A stretch of 63,532 nucleotides of DNA, the filler included, from Craspedostauros australis (lineage: Eukaryota): the NCBI GenBank assembly GCA_030167865.1. It is 12 parts of 12 records of this genome, joined end to end, with 100 filler letters (N's around TTAATTAATTAA, not from the genome) between each part and the next. Parts side by side here need not be neighbours in the genome. Positions count along the whole stretch, not along the records: positions 32,517 to 42,480 come from JALAGF010005186.1; positions 42,581 to 44,975 come from JALAGF010005187.1; positions 45,076 to 49,411 come from JALAGF010005188.1; 9 more parts are not named here. One strand, 5' to 3'. This document shows positions 38,301-49,511 of this stretch, one piece after another. The translations under genes were made by a program, and so were the position numbers. Positions within the stretch are counted from its first letter, which is position 1. Each line of letters starts with the position of its first letter. The notes below the pieces were generated by a model. The model worked only from the letters and a program-made list of their open reading frames with translations, ran no database searches and was not told where the DNA came from.

Positions 38301-41300
38301 ATGGCTGTGCATACACATAACACACCAGCAGAGGGCATGAACGGAGACGAGACCATGAATCCGGCCAAGGCGGAATACAACCGCAGAGCGAGCTTCAGCA
38401 GCTCCAGCGTGCCGGGCAACAAGCTGCATGAGGCCTGCCAGATGGAGGAGGTGGAGGCGGTCAAGGCTCTGCTCGAAGCCGACGACGCCACGGTCGATGT
38501 CAACAGCCAGAACAGCGACGGCGACACCTCGCTGCACCTTGCCTGCTGGTACGGAAGGAAGGAGCTCTTCGACTACCTCGTCCAGTCGGATCATTTCGAC
38601 ATCGACGTCAACGTGCAGAACCGGAACGGCGAGACGCCCCTCTTCCTGTGCTGCTGGTCGGGCTACTTCGACTGGGTGCGCACGCTGGTGGAGGCCAAGC
38701 CAGGCCAGGTCGACGTCAACATCCAGAGCAAATCAGGGGACGCGCCGCTGCATCTCGCATGCCGCTTCGGTCACATCGACCTCGTCAAGTACCTGGTGGA
38801 GCTCAACGGCGGCACCGTCGACATCAACGTGCAGGACAGCAACGGCAACACTCCCCTGCATCTGGCATGGCGGTACAAGCACTTCGATCTCGTCACCTAC
38901 TTCATGGCCAACAAGGATCTCGCCATCGACATCAACATCCAGGACAACAACGGCAACACGCCGGTGCATCTGGCCTGCTGGTCGGGCGACGTGGACTGGG
39001 TCAAGGCCTTCATCGAGACGGGCCGCAACAAGGTGGATTTCGAGCTCACAGACAACGACGGCAAGACCCTGCTGCATCTGGCGTCTCGCTTCGGGCACAA
39101 GCACATCGTCAAGTACCTGCTGGCATCGGAGATGGTCGATCTAGACATCAACGAGCAGAACATAGGCGACGGCGACACGGCGCTGCACTACGCCTGCGTC
39201 CACAATCAGGCCGATTCCATCAAGGCCCTGCTCGAGGCGGATCCCGACAACATCAATGTCAACATTCAGAACAAGCACGGCAAGACGCCCATCCACTACG
39301 CATGCGCCAGCAACATACCCGGTCTGCTGCCCTACATGGCCATGATGGCCGAGATGAAATTCAACGCCAACATCCGCGATGGCAACGGCAACACCCCCGT
39401 CCACGTCGCATGCCAAAATGGCGACGCGGAGAAGATCCGCATCCTGGTTCACGAAGACCCCGTCAACCTCGATCTCAACATCCGCGACAGCGACGGCAAG
39501 ACGCCGCTCCATTTTGCATGTCAGAGCGGACGCCTGGATCTCGTGCGCCAGCTCGTGGATTTTGAGCACACCAACGTCGATCCCAACATCCGCGCCAACG
39601 ACGGCAACACGGCCCTCCATTACGCCTGCCGATCCGGACACGCGACCATCGTGGCCTACCTCGTCGAATCCACCAAGACGCATGCCGACGTCAACGTCCA
39701 GAACAGCCAGGGCAACACGCCCCTCCATCTCGCCTACCGCAACGGCCGCAGGCTCGTCGTGGAATACCTCGTCAAGTCCGACAAGGCCAATCTCGACGTC
39801 AATATCCGCGACGAGGACGGCTTCACACCCCTGCACCTCGCCTGCCGATTCGGTCACAAGGAGGCCATCGAATACCTCGCGCAATCGGGACGCACCACGC
39901 TCGATGCCACCGTCCCCAACAATGACGACAACGACACGCCGCTGCATCTCGTCTGCCGCCACGGCCACGCCGACGTCCTGCAATGCCTCGTCGAATCCAA
40001 AAATATCAAGGCCAACGCCAACCTCCAAAACACCAAGGGCAACACGCCCCTGCACCTCGCCTGCATGAGCGGCCACAAGGCCATCGTCGAATTCATGATG
40101 GAATCGGATAAGATCCATATCGATGCGGACATCACCAACAAGGCCGGCAACACGCCGTGTCATCTTGCCTGTCGCTATGGTCACAGGGACGCCGTGGAGT
40201 ACCTGGTGGAGTCGGACAAGACGGAGGTCAACGTCAACATTCAGAATGAAGATGGCGATACGCCGCTCCATTTTGCGTGCCAGTATGGACAGAAGGACGT
40301 CGTGGCCTTCCTCATGGAGTCCGACGAGACCAACATCGATGGCAACATCAAAAACAAAAATGGCAAGGCGCCTCTGCATCTCGCCTTTTGGCATGGACAG
40401 CGCGACGCGGTCGAGTACCTGGTCGAATCGGAACAGGCCGACATCGATGTCAATATCCGCGACAACAGCGGGAACTCACCGCTGCATCTGGCCTGCTGGC
40501 ATGGACACAAGGAGGTCGGAGCCTACCTGATCAAATGCACCAAGGCCGACATCGACGTCAACATGCAAAACGACAACGGCAACACGGCGTTGCATCTGGC
40601 GTGCTGGGCAGGCAGCTTGCATTGGGTGCGCACCTTGATCGAGTCCGACCGACTGCGGCCCGACGTCAACATCCAAAACAGCAACGGCAACACGCCGCTG
40701 CATCTGGCCTGCCGGTACGTCAAGAAGGACGTCGCCGATTACTTCCTCAAATCGCCACGCGCCAAGGTCGATCTCAGCATTCGCAACAGTGTCGGCCTCA
40801 CGCCGTTGCATCTGGCCTGTCGTTCGGCCGACGCCGCCTGGCTGCGCACCCTGATCCAATCGTCGCAGACGAAGGCCGGCATCAAGAACAAGACGAACAA
40901 CAGGACGGACACCCTGCTGCATCTCGCGTGCCAATCGGGATTCCTCGAATGGACGCGCGCATTGGTGGAGTCGGATAAGATCAAGACGGAACCCAACAAG
41001 AAGAACAACCACGGCGATACGCCCTTCCATCTGGCATGCCGCTACGGGCATCTCAACATCGTGCAGTACTTCCTCGCGTCCGATCCGGCCGATGACAAAA
41101 AGGAGGAAGACGACACGAAGAAACCCAAAGGGTTCGTGTCATTGGTATGCTGCTTCGGCACGCGCAGCCTCCTCAACTACTTCTCCGACGGTGACGAAGG
41201 CAAGGTCGGCGTCAACATCCAGAACGTCGATGGTGACACCGGGTTTCACCTTGCGCACCGCTACGGTCACGAGAATGTCGTCACCTTCCTGAAGGAGTCC

Positions 41301-41654
41301 GACGACGTCACCATCGACATGAACGTCCGCAACAAAACCGACGGTGACACGCCCCTGCATCTGGCCTGCCGCACCGGCGACCTGAAGTGGGTGCGCAAGG
41401 CCGTCGAAACCAACCCCACGAACATCAACTTCAACGGTCCCAACAACGACGGGGACACCCCGTTGCATCTTGCCTGCGCCGGTGGTTACAGGGACCTCAT
41501 GAGCTACGTGCTGAGCTCGGAAAATATCGATGTCAATGCCGATCTCAAGAACAAGGCCGGCAAGACCGCGAAAGAGTTGCTGCCGAAGGAAGATAAAATC
41601 GAGGCGGCAGCGGAGACGGCGATTGGTAAGATTGGACATGGCGTGGCATTGTGA
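38301..41654 (+). CDS. Ankyrin-repeat protein, 1117 aa, about 28 repeats, single exon
   Basis: Repeated G[ND]TPLHLAC.xG...LV...DVN motifs with ~36-aa period along the whole ORF; strong GC3 bias. Confidence 0.97.
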   Translation: MAVHTHNTPAEGMNGDETMNPAKAEYNRRASFSSSSVPGNKLHEACQMEEVEAVKALLEADDATVDVNSQNSDGDTSLHLACWYGRKELFDYLVQSDHFDIDVNVQNRNGETPLFLCCWSGYFDWVRTLVEAKPGQVDVNIQSKSGDAPLHLACRFGHIDLVKYLVELNGGTVDINVQDSNGNTPLHLAWRYKHFDLVTYFMANKDLAIDINIQDNNGNTPVHLACWSGDVDWVKAFIETGRNKVDFELTDNDGKTLLHLASRFGHKHIVKYLLASEMVDLDINEQNIGDGDTALHYACVHNQADSIKALLEADPDNINVNIQNKHGKTPIHYACASNIPGLLPYMAMMAEMKFNANIRDGNGNTPVHVACQNGDAEKIRILVHEDPVNLDLNIRDSDGKTPLHFACQSGRLDLVRQLVDFEHTNVDPNIRANDGNTALHYACRSGHATIVAYLVESTKTHADVNVQNSQGNTPLHLAYRNGRRLVVEYLVKSDKANLDVNIRDEDGFTPLHLACRFGHKEAIEYLAQSGRTTLDATVPNNDDNDTPLHLVCRHGHADVLQCLVESKNIKANANLQNTKGNTPLHLACMSGHKAIVEFMMESDKIHIDADITNKAGNTPCHLACRYGHRDAVEYLVESDKTEVNVNIQNEDGDTPLHFACQYGQKDVVAFLMESDETNIDGNIKNKNGKAPLHLAFWHGQRDAVEYLVESEQADIDVNIRDNSGNSPLHLACWHGHKEVGAYLIKCTKADIDVNMQNDNGNTALHLACWAGSLHWVRTLIESDRLRPDVNIQNSNGNTPLHLACRYVKKDVADYFLKSPRAKVDLSIRNSVGLTPLHLACRSADAAWLRTLIQSSQTKAGIKNKTNNRTDTLLHLACQSGFLEWTRALVESDKIKTEPNKKNNHGDTPFHLACRYGHLNIVQYFLASDPADDKKEEDDTKKPKGFVSLVCCFGTRSLLNYFSDGDEGKVGVNIQNVDGDTGFHLAHRYGHENVVTFLKESDDVTIDMNVRNKTDGDTPLHLACRTGDLKWVRKAVETNPTNINFNGPNNDGDTPLHLACAGGYRDLMSYVLSSENIDVNADLKNKAGKTAKELLPKEDKIEAAAETAIGKIGHGVAL

Positions 41655-42283
41655 TTTGTGTGATGCAGAATATTCAGAAACACTCACACCCGTGCCATTC
41701 ATTTGTTTCAATTGATCCTTCCGCATGCATTGTATCACTGCACAACAACAGCCAAGCCAGAAACGAGCTGAAACGCCGCTGACGCACATCGTTAACGACC
41801 CGATGTGCTGTTCTCCCATCAAGTGAGGGGGAGTGCTTTTGCAGAACAAGTAGGAATATGCATATCACGTCGTGTGTAGAGTAACTCATATTATAGGATT
41901 AGTCGTAGTGCAATACGATCAACAACACAATGATGCTTTCGCCGCAGGACGATGAGTATGATGTTTGCTCTACCCACATCCATCGTAGTATTGATAATTC
42001 GTGAATGATTCTGTTACTGTGTGTCACTATTTCTCAGTACTGACAAAGTGTTTTATTAAAAACGCACAAGATCTGCGCGAAAAGAAAAAGATCGAGAGGC
42101 GCGCCGATCAACCATGATGTCTCCGATCATCAGGGGCTTCCGGTAAACTGCCGGACATGGTGGTTCGGGTGCATTTTAACGGACTTACGAACACTGTTAG
42201 TCGTGAATGAGATTTTATTAGTCTTGATTGCCATGTCCTTCAGACATTGTCGTCGCCACTCGCGACTCGTATCTGTGCGATGT

Positions 42284-42430
42284 CAAAAGATGCCCTAAAA
42301 TAGGGCACCTTTTCAAAACGTGCCTTAAATTAGGGCATCTTTTCAAAACGTGCCTTATATAGGGCACCTTTTCAAAACGTGCCCTGAATAGGGCATCTTT
42401 TCAAAACGTGCCCTAAATAGGGCACCTTTT
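42284..42430. repeat. Five tandem 29-30-bp palindromic units
   Basis: Unit CAAAA[CG][GA]TGCC[CT]T-N3-4-AGGGCA[CT]CTTTT; each unit is a near-perfect inverted repeat. Confidence 0.93.
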
Positions 42431-42580
42431 CTCCCTCACCCACATGTCGCTGTTCGCAGCCGATTGGACGACAGAAAGAGNNNNNNNNNNNNNNNNNNNN
42501 NNNNNNNNNNNNNNNNNNNNNNNNTTAATTAATTAANNNNNNNNNNNNNNNNNNNNNNNNNNNNNNNNNNNNNNNNNNNN

Positions 42581-43490
42581 CAATGTGCCTGTAGAGATAT
42601 CGTTGACACCTGTGTCGAGATGTACATTCGTGTATGTGCATCGCTCACCCGTTGTTCTCTTATACTCATCTACGGATGGTACAACTACATTTGTGTCATG
42701 AGTGAACTGTGATTTGCCAAAATCACATCACGAAATGGAACACACAAAAACGAACAAAATTTCTGGAGGAAATCTGTAAACAACAATTTCTGAGAGTATC
42801 AGGAACATCATTCGTCCATCCATCAACAAAACATGTGATATNNNNNNNNNNNNNNNNNNNNNNNNNNNNNNNNNNNNNNNNNNNNNNNNNNGTATCAGGA
42901 ACATCATTCGTCCATCCATCAACAAAACATGTGATATCAAGTCTGGATTGATATACTTCCCAACTAAACCTCAAAGGACGATACCCTTGCTGACCCATCA
43001 CATCATCGATGGAATGTGGAATGACAAGGACCATGGAATCCGACAGCTGACATCAACAAGATGTCATTGTGTCACCACATTGACATCTGTCTCCACATCA
43101 GATCAAGAAGGCAAAGATTTGATGACCAAGGGACATCAAGATCGTAAGTATGCAAGGAGGAATACAGTGTGGATGCATTGGCAATTCCTCATGGAGTAGT
43201 GAGCCTGTAGATAGCGAAATGCGGAGTACGCATCGAATATGGAATATCGCATGGTGTGAACATGCAATACGAAGAGAGAGAGAGAGAACATGAGCAAGAG
43301 CGAGAGAGTAGCTCACATACCAACTCCTAGTCGGACCATCAAACAGATGCGCCAAGAGCATTGGTCAAAGAAACAGAGTACACCAAGAGAATTGGAGTAG
43401 CAACGTAATGAAATAGTAGAGAGAATCAGCACCAAACAACAACGCCATCTTCCACGATTGCAAGGTATCCGTTTGCAAAACTTGCCAACA
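42581..43490 (+). mobile_element. LTR-like repeat (family B) upstream of a copia gag
   Basis: Ends ACTTGCCAACA ~80 bp before the gag ATG. It is homologous to 63150-63532 (+) and 49806-50080 (-), and its 3' end to 49512-49593 and 50308-50458. Confidence 0.8.
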
Positions 43491-43571
43491 CGATTATAAA
43501 CGTTAGATCAGGGCGAGCCCACGGATTGGATAATGTGAGGAAGACAACATCATTCAAGAGCAGCAGGCTGA

Positions 43572-44975
43572 ATGAGCAAGGAAGAGGAATTGAAAGACAT
43601 CCCTCTGTCCAATCCGACTATCAAGCAAGAAGAAGGTGCAAGTGAGACTCCATCTCAACCACAGAAGGAAGAGGGCGCGCCCACTGCCCTCTCTAGCACA
43701 GAAGGAAGCGCGATCAACGAGATCGAAGAGGAACAGTTCATGCAACAACATTGCATGCAGAAGAGCATTTTCACAGGCATCAAGGAAGACGAGACAGGTG
43801 TGACGAAGAGCATTCGCACGGCCAAGCAGAGCGGAACAAATAAGACGACACGGAGAGGAGAATCTGTGACGAAAAACATCTCCGCGCTAACACGAGCAAA
43901 AATCGAAAAAGTGACCACACAGAAACAAATGAAAATCACGAGCATGCGGGCAACATCAATGAAACAACGAAGCAACATGGCGACATCAGCCAACATGAAC
44001 AAGCAATGTATCAAGGCGCCGATGCTCAGTGGTGAACAGGAAGACTACAATGCATGGGAGTCCCAAGTGAAGGCGTACGCTCGTGCACAGAAGACGAGAG
44101 ACGTGATGTTGGGCAAGACCAAAGTCCCAACAGTGAGTGAGATCGCGGCAGCCACCGACGATGCCAAGGAAGCGATGGAAGAGATCTACGAGCTGGGATG
44201 TGACTGCTTCAGCAATCTGATCCTCATGATGGATGCAGAGAAAGGAAAGGGCAAGCAGGCCATCCAATACATCAATCAGTGCGTCTCCGACAACTACCCT
44301 GATGGGAATCCACACGCGGCGTGGAACGTTCTCGCGGAGAAGTTCCGTCCATCCGATGCGGTGACGAAGATCAAACTCAAGCAATAGTTCAATAACGAAA
44401 GGATGAAGAAAGACTCAGACCCCGACGTATACATCACGCGACTCGAGCTCTTACGCTCACGTCTCCACGATGTTGGATACACGATCATCAATGAGGAAAT
44501 GATCATGCAGATCCTCAGCACGATGAGCAGCGAATACAAAACTCACGTCATGAACTTTCATCACCAACTCACGTTCAACCCAGATGTAGTCACCATCAAC
44601 GCGATCAGAGGAGTACTCCGCACAGCACACAGCACTCATCAAGGAGGAAAGGCGTACGTTGACAACTTCCAAGACAGCAACATGAAGAGCAACGACACCA
44701 GCTTCACGAGCACCGGTAACTTCAAGGGGACCTGCCACAACTGTGGTGTGTATGGTCATAGATCTGCGGATTGCCCCAAACGTAAGAAATCGAACAACAA
44801 GAAAAACAATAACAACAAAATGAACGGAAAGCGTAACAACAAGAACAATGGAAGCGGCTTCAACAGGAAGCGCAACTACTGTGGCATCTTTGGACATCGC
44901 GAGGCAGAGTGTCGAAAGAAGAAGTTCAACAAGAAGAAGAAGGCCGACGAGCAGGCCAACACAGCAAACGAAGGA
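43572..44975 (+). pseudogene. Ty1/copia gag, inactivated
   Basis: SGEQEDYNAWESQVKAYA, GNPHAAWNVLAEKF, DPDVYITRLELLRSRL and knuckle CHNCGVYGHRSADC. There is an in-frame TAG at 44385-44387, and the second knuckle has lost its first Cys (RNYCGIFGHREAEC). Confidence 0.9.
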
Positions 44976-45549
44976 NNNNNNNNNNNNNNNNNNNNNNNNN
45001 NNNNNNNNNNNNNNNNNNNTTAATTAATTAANNNNNNNNNNNNNNNNNNNNNNNNNNNNNNNNNNNNNNNNNNNNAGTGCATTAAATGCACTTTCAGTTG
45101 TGCATCAGATGGATTCGTGACTTAAACAACTACAGTCACAACGGCGGTCATTGGACACCGATAGACGATCTCGTTAAATATAATACTTAACGATACGACA
45201 TCAATAGGTCATTTTCAGCGAATGCAACGACACAGGTTGTGGAGGAAAGACTAATTCGATTAAACAGCCTCGATTCANNNNNNNNNNNNNNNNNNNNNNN
45301 NNNNNNNNNNNNNNNNNNNNNNNNNNNCATCAATAGGTCATTTTCAGCGAATGCAACGACACAGGTTGTGGAGGAAAGACTAATTCGATTAAACAGCCTC
45401 GATTCATCTCTCTGGTCAAATGAGTCAAACGACGCACGTTCCAATGGACTTGCCGGGTGTCCCCGTTGACTTTGGTTGTCTCGGCAGCATAGAGGATCTG
45501 CTGTTCATCCAGTGCTCCAACGATCATCAATGTCAAATCGTCACTTGTT

Positions 45550-45635
45550 CGTGCCAGGGCGGGAATCGAACCCGCACCCTCCCGGGGAGGACAAAAGTAA
45601 ATCCAGTACTTCACGCGTCCCAGCGCTCCTGACAC
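45550..45635 (-). ncRNA. Non-canonical tRNA-Ser(GGA)-like cloverleaf with 8-bp acceptor stem and long variable arm
   Basis: GTGTCAGG A GCGC TGGGAC GCGT G AAGTA CTGGATT TACTT TT GTCCTCC CCG GGAGGGT GCGGG TTCGATT CCCGC CCTGGCAC G; all five stems pair; TATATATA at 45660-45652 upstream. Confidence 0.75.
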
Positions 45636-45929
45636 GTTCGGTACAAGTGAGATATATATACCCAACAGCAACAGTTGTCAATCAAGACCATGTTGCGCCA
45701 GCGCATGGCCAACGAGTGCTGAGGCGATTCGCCGACGCAAGAAGCTGTCCTGTTGGCGGCCGATGTGCACCCGTCCGCAACCAAGAACAGCAGATGCAAA
45801 TCCCAACCAGCCAATCCCTCACAGCGCTCCAAGTCAACGTGCAAAAACTNNNNNNNNNNNNNNNNNNNNNNNNNNNNNNNNNNNNNNNNNNNNNNNNNNN
45901 NNNNNNNNNNNNNNNNNNNNNNNNNNNNN

Positions 45930-47797
45930 CTGTCTCTGCTGACTCTCAGCATTGGTTTCTTCATTGCTTTCGCTGGTATTGCTGTTCTCACCCACAACCT
46001 CGTCCTCTTGCGTTTCTGCCAAAAGAGATGGATCCTTGCGGGCCTGCTGCATGGTGGACTCATTCATTTCATCTTGTACGACAACATGCTGCGGTGATTT
46101 ACTGTCCTGATCAATCGCATCCACACTACCCTCACGAAACCTGCTGAAGTACGATGATAATTCCTCGGATGCACGACGATTCGATCGCATGCGCAAGTCC
46201 GACGCTCTGCTGGAAAATCTCGCTGATGNTGCATCCTCATCTTGGATGATCATGAGGATGATCCTGAACCACCTCATGCTGTCGCCCTTTATCTCTGCGA
46301 CACCGGCGTTGCCATGCATCTCGCTGGTGCTGCTTGTGCTCTGTTTCGCCAACGAGGTTGCATGCGGCATCTCACTGCTCCCCACAATGGAGTCGCCATT
46401 CGATTCGACAGAGTGCATCATCATGTCATGCGATCCCATGGGTTTCCGAAGCAGCTTGTGCACGCGTTGGTACTTGGGCCAAATGAAAACAATGAAATTG
46501 AACGCACCCTGCAACGGCATGAAGACGCACGTGAGGAAGACCAGCAGGAAGATCCCCGGCGAACCCAACTTGTCTTGCGTCTCCATTGTGAGGTCGACGA
46601 TCGTGAATGCCATCGGCCAGATGGATGTGTTTCCAAAGGCTCTGCATAGGGGGCAAGCGTTTATTGGTTAAGTTGTGTTGGAAGAGTTGGGGGGCAAAGG
46701 AGGGAGAGAGATGAGCGGAAGCACAGTGCGCTGAATGGAGACTCAAAATGGATCGCCAAGGACATAACCAACATGGATACATCAAATCAAATCAAAGCGA
46801 GAGCATTGCAGAGGATACGCTGCACGCGCAAGTGCTCCATGCCCATACGAAGCACAACCATGGCAAGAGTGACCCGCTCCCCTCCCACTGACCGAACTCA
46901 CAATCCGTACAGGATGCACTGCTGCGTGATCTGCTTGAACCGTTCCTGTTGCAGCTTCGATGTGATGGACGATCGCTTTCGTTTCCTCTTTCGCCGTGCA
47001 GCAATCTCTTCCGCGCTGTCTGCGACCGTCATTGCCATGGATTCACTGACAACCGGCTCACTATCCGTCACATACTGCGCATTGGCTGTGTACGTTGAAT
47101 AGACCGAGCTGTACAGCGCGTACGTGCTGGCGATACCCAGCGTCGCGATGATACCGACGAGGAACGAAACGATGATGCTGAGCAAATCGAGACTCAGCGC
47201 GTCAGGTGTGCAGTGCTGTATCGTTGTTGTCGTAGTCGTAGCATTGTGCATGTCATCCTGAAGCAATACCACTACTTCTTCCGTAGTACACGTTTCCGAA
47301 TACGTGCCAAAGATGCAATACCCGCTGAGGTAGTTCAATGCGAATGAATTCTGCAGGAGCCCGACGCTGGGAATGCAGACGGCCATGAGAATCGTGAGGA
47401 GGAAGACGTATGGCTCGATCTGCGTTGCAATTTGTCGATTCGTCCATCGGTACCGTATCTGCAGCAGAAAGTTGACGGCCAGGAAGGTGTTGTACGGCGT
47501 GATAATCATGGGGGCGCTGTTGAGGGCGAAACCGAGCATGGTGCACGTCATGTCGTTTCCGAATGCGATGGGGCTGTCCGTGCGGTCGGACGGGACGAGG
47601 AAGAGATGGACCGCATTGAATGCACCAGCGATGATGTCCGCGATGGAGATCACGATGAGGATGCGATGGTAGACCAAGAATAGGTCGCGTCTGGCCATGT
47701 AGATGATCAAGGATGATCCCACGATGGAGAGCAGGCTGGATGTCGTCATCGCGACGCCCATCGCTATGTACTGCGCATCTGTGCGATCCTGTCCCAT
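45930..47797 (-). CDS. GPCR-like seven-transmembrane receptor, copy 2 (allele or recent paralogue)
   Basis: Near-identical reverse complement of 30427-32416. Intron 46901-46642. The C-terminal tail continues into the 45850-45929 gap. Confidence 0.85.
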
Positions 47798-48809
47798 CGC
47801 ATTGGGTTCGTTCGTTTGTGATTGACTTGTTGGCAGTGAGTGCAGGTACGAATGGAGGCATGAACGGAGGTACGAGGATGCGGGGGTCTCTATCTCTCTC
47901 TCTCTATCTATCACTATCTATCACTATCTATCACTATCTACTCGTGTGAATAATCGCGCTCTTGGAGAGATGGTGCTCTGACCGTCTGCTTCGGAGGAGG
48001 AGGATGATGATGTCGCCACAGCAGTCGTTGCTTGCTTCGTGGTGAATGACCTGGCTGAAGAGTGGCTACACGTTTGGCATTCCCAGAAACGCAGTTCCAT
48101 ACCGTGCCGACACTCGCGCCCTCTTGTGAATGATCCGACGCTCCAGTCCCCTCTCTGTGCGCGTTGGAGGCAGACTGGTTGTGGAAAGGTTTGGAGGAAC
48201 AAAACGTGCGGGCACCACAACTCGTGACATGCGTCATGGTGTTGATCGGATGCGTTGTTCGGACAGGCAAATTGTGCGCAAGACGCTCCCATCTCCGCTA
48301 TCTTGTTGCGACGCCTTTTCTTGTCTGAGTGACATTGATAATTATGCGGCAGACAAACTCGAAAGACGTCATGACTCGACAAGCACACGCGAAAAGTCAC
48401 AGATTCTGTCCAGAGAACTCAACTGACGAATCAGCTGTCCAAGCAATTAGAGTTCCACCGAACAAAACTACGTCATTGGTGGTCGCGACGATTCTGGTGA
48501 TAAAGTTGAAGGAGAAAAGAATGCGTGCGCACAAGATGGCACGAGCCCCACACTTTTCCAAACACCTTGATTCTGTCCTCATTCATTGTTGATTCTCACT
48601 GTTGTGATCGTGGTGTCGACGCAAGAGATTGGGTGCTCGGACGACCTCCGTCAAACAACACCAGAGAGAGAGAGAGAGAGAGAGAGAGGTGATGTTATCT
48701 GTTACTGTCACACCACACTATCCCATCCCATTTTGCAATTGCACTCAAGTGCATTGCTTTGAGTGATTCCGAGTGGATCTCTCTTTGCAAGGGCAGCATG
48801 GGCATGCTA

Positions 48810-49411
48810 TTAAAATGGCACGGACTGGATGTGCTTTGCGATGTCAGAATCGAGGCGGCGCTTCATCACGTTCGTATACGATGGCGATTGGTTGGGCGAA
48901 GCATAGTTGGGCGACATCGGATGCAACAACACCGACGATCTGTGTCGCGGCAATTGGATTGGGCTGCTGGCCGCAACGTACGCGTGATCGATGCTCATCG
49001 CCTCGCGCAGCTCATGCGACGAGTACATTGCGTGTCGTGGCTGAGTCCACATCTTTTGCCGGGCCTGATGCTGCGCCACTTCGATGTCGTGCAGCAGATT
49101 CGTCTCAAGCCGTCGCTCCTGCAGCAACTTGGAACGNGTGATGGCTTTCTTGATTTGGTTTGGAGGAGATCCGATCCTTTGCAGGATCTGCCACCGTTCC
49201 GCGGGTGAAAGTGGCAGGTATTGGGGTCGTTTGACGTAAGGTGACATGGGCGATGTCAAGGTCTCCGGAATCACGGAAGATGGAGAGAACCGGGTGGGTG
49301 AACTCGATGGCGACAGCAAGGAAGTGCGCGTCGGCGTGGACTCTGCCGACGATGATGATGACGCTGTCGATGAATCGCTGGACGACAAGGATGCCGATTC
49401 GCTGAATGAGG
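48810..49411 (-). CDS. 3' part of a hypothetical protein (copy 2), Ser-rich
   Basis: 192-aa ORF ...YLPLSPAERWQILQRIGSPPNQIKKA...QSVPF*, matching 29039-29438. Confidence 0.65.
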
Positions 49412-49511
49412 NNNNNNNNNNNNNNNNNNNNNNNNNNNNNNNNNNNNNNNNNNNNTTAATTAATTAANNNNNNNNNNNNNNNNNNNNNNNNNNNNNNNNN
49501 NNNNNNNNNNN

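Noticed and set aside
39141..40394. Long antisense and alternative-frame ORFs over the ankyrin, SIT and copia genes
   Set aside because: Expected shadows of GC3-biased coding sequence.
42284..42430. CRISPR array
   Set aside because: Palindromic ~30-bp units, but no unique spacers, no cas genes and a eukaryotic context. The same applies to 51740-52880.
44385..44387. Programmed stop readthrough in gag (CAA TAG TTC)
   Set aside because: The stop lies mid-capsid rather than at the gag-pol junction, and the same copy has a broken zinc knuckle; simple decay is more likely.
45550..45635. Canonical tRNA-Sec
   Set aside because: The anticodon is GGA, not TCA, and the fold is 8/5 with a short D stem rather than eukaryotic 9/4.
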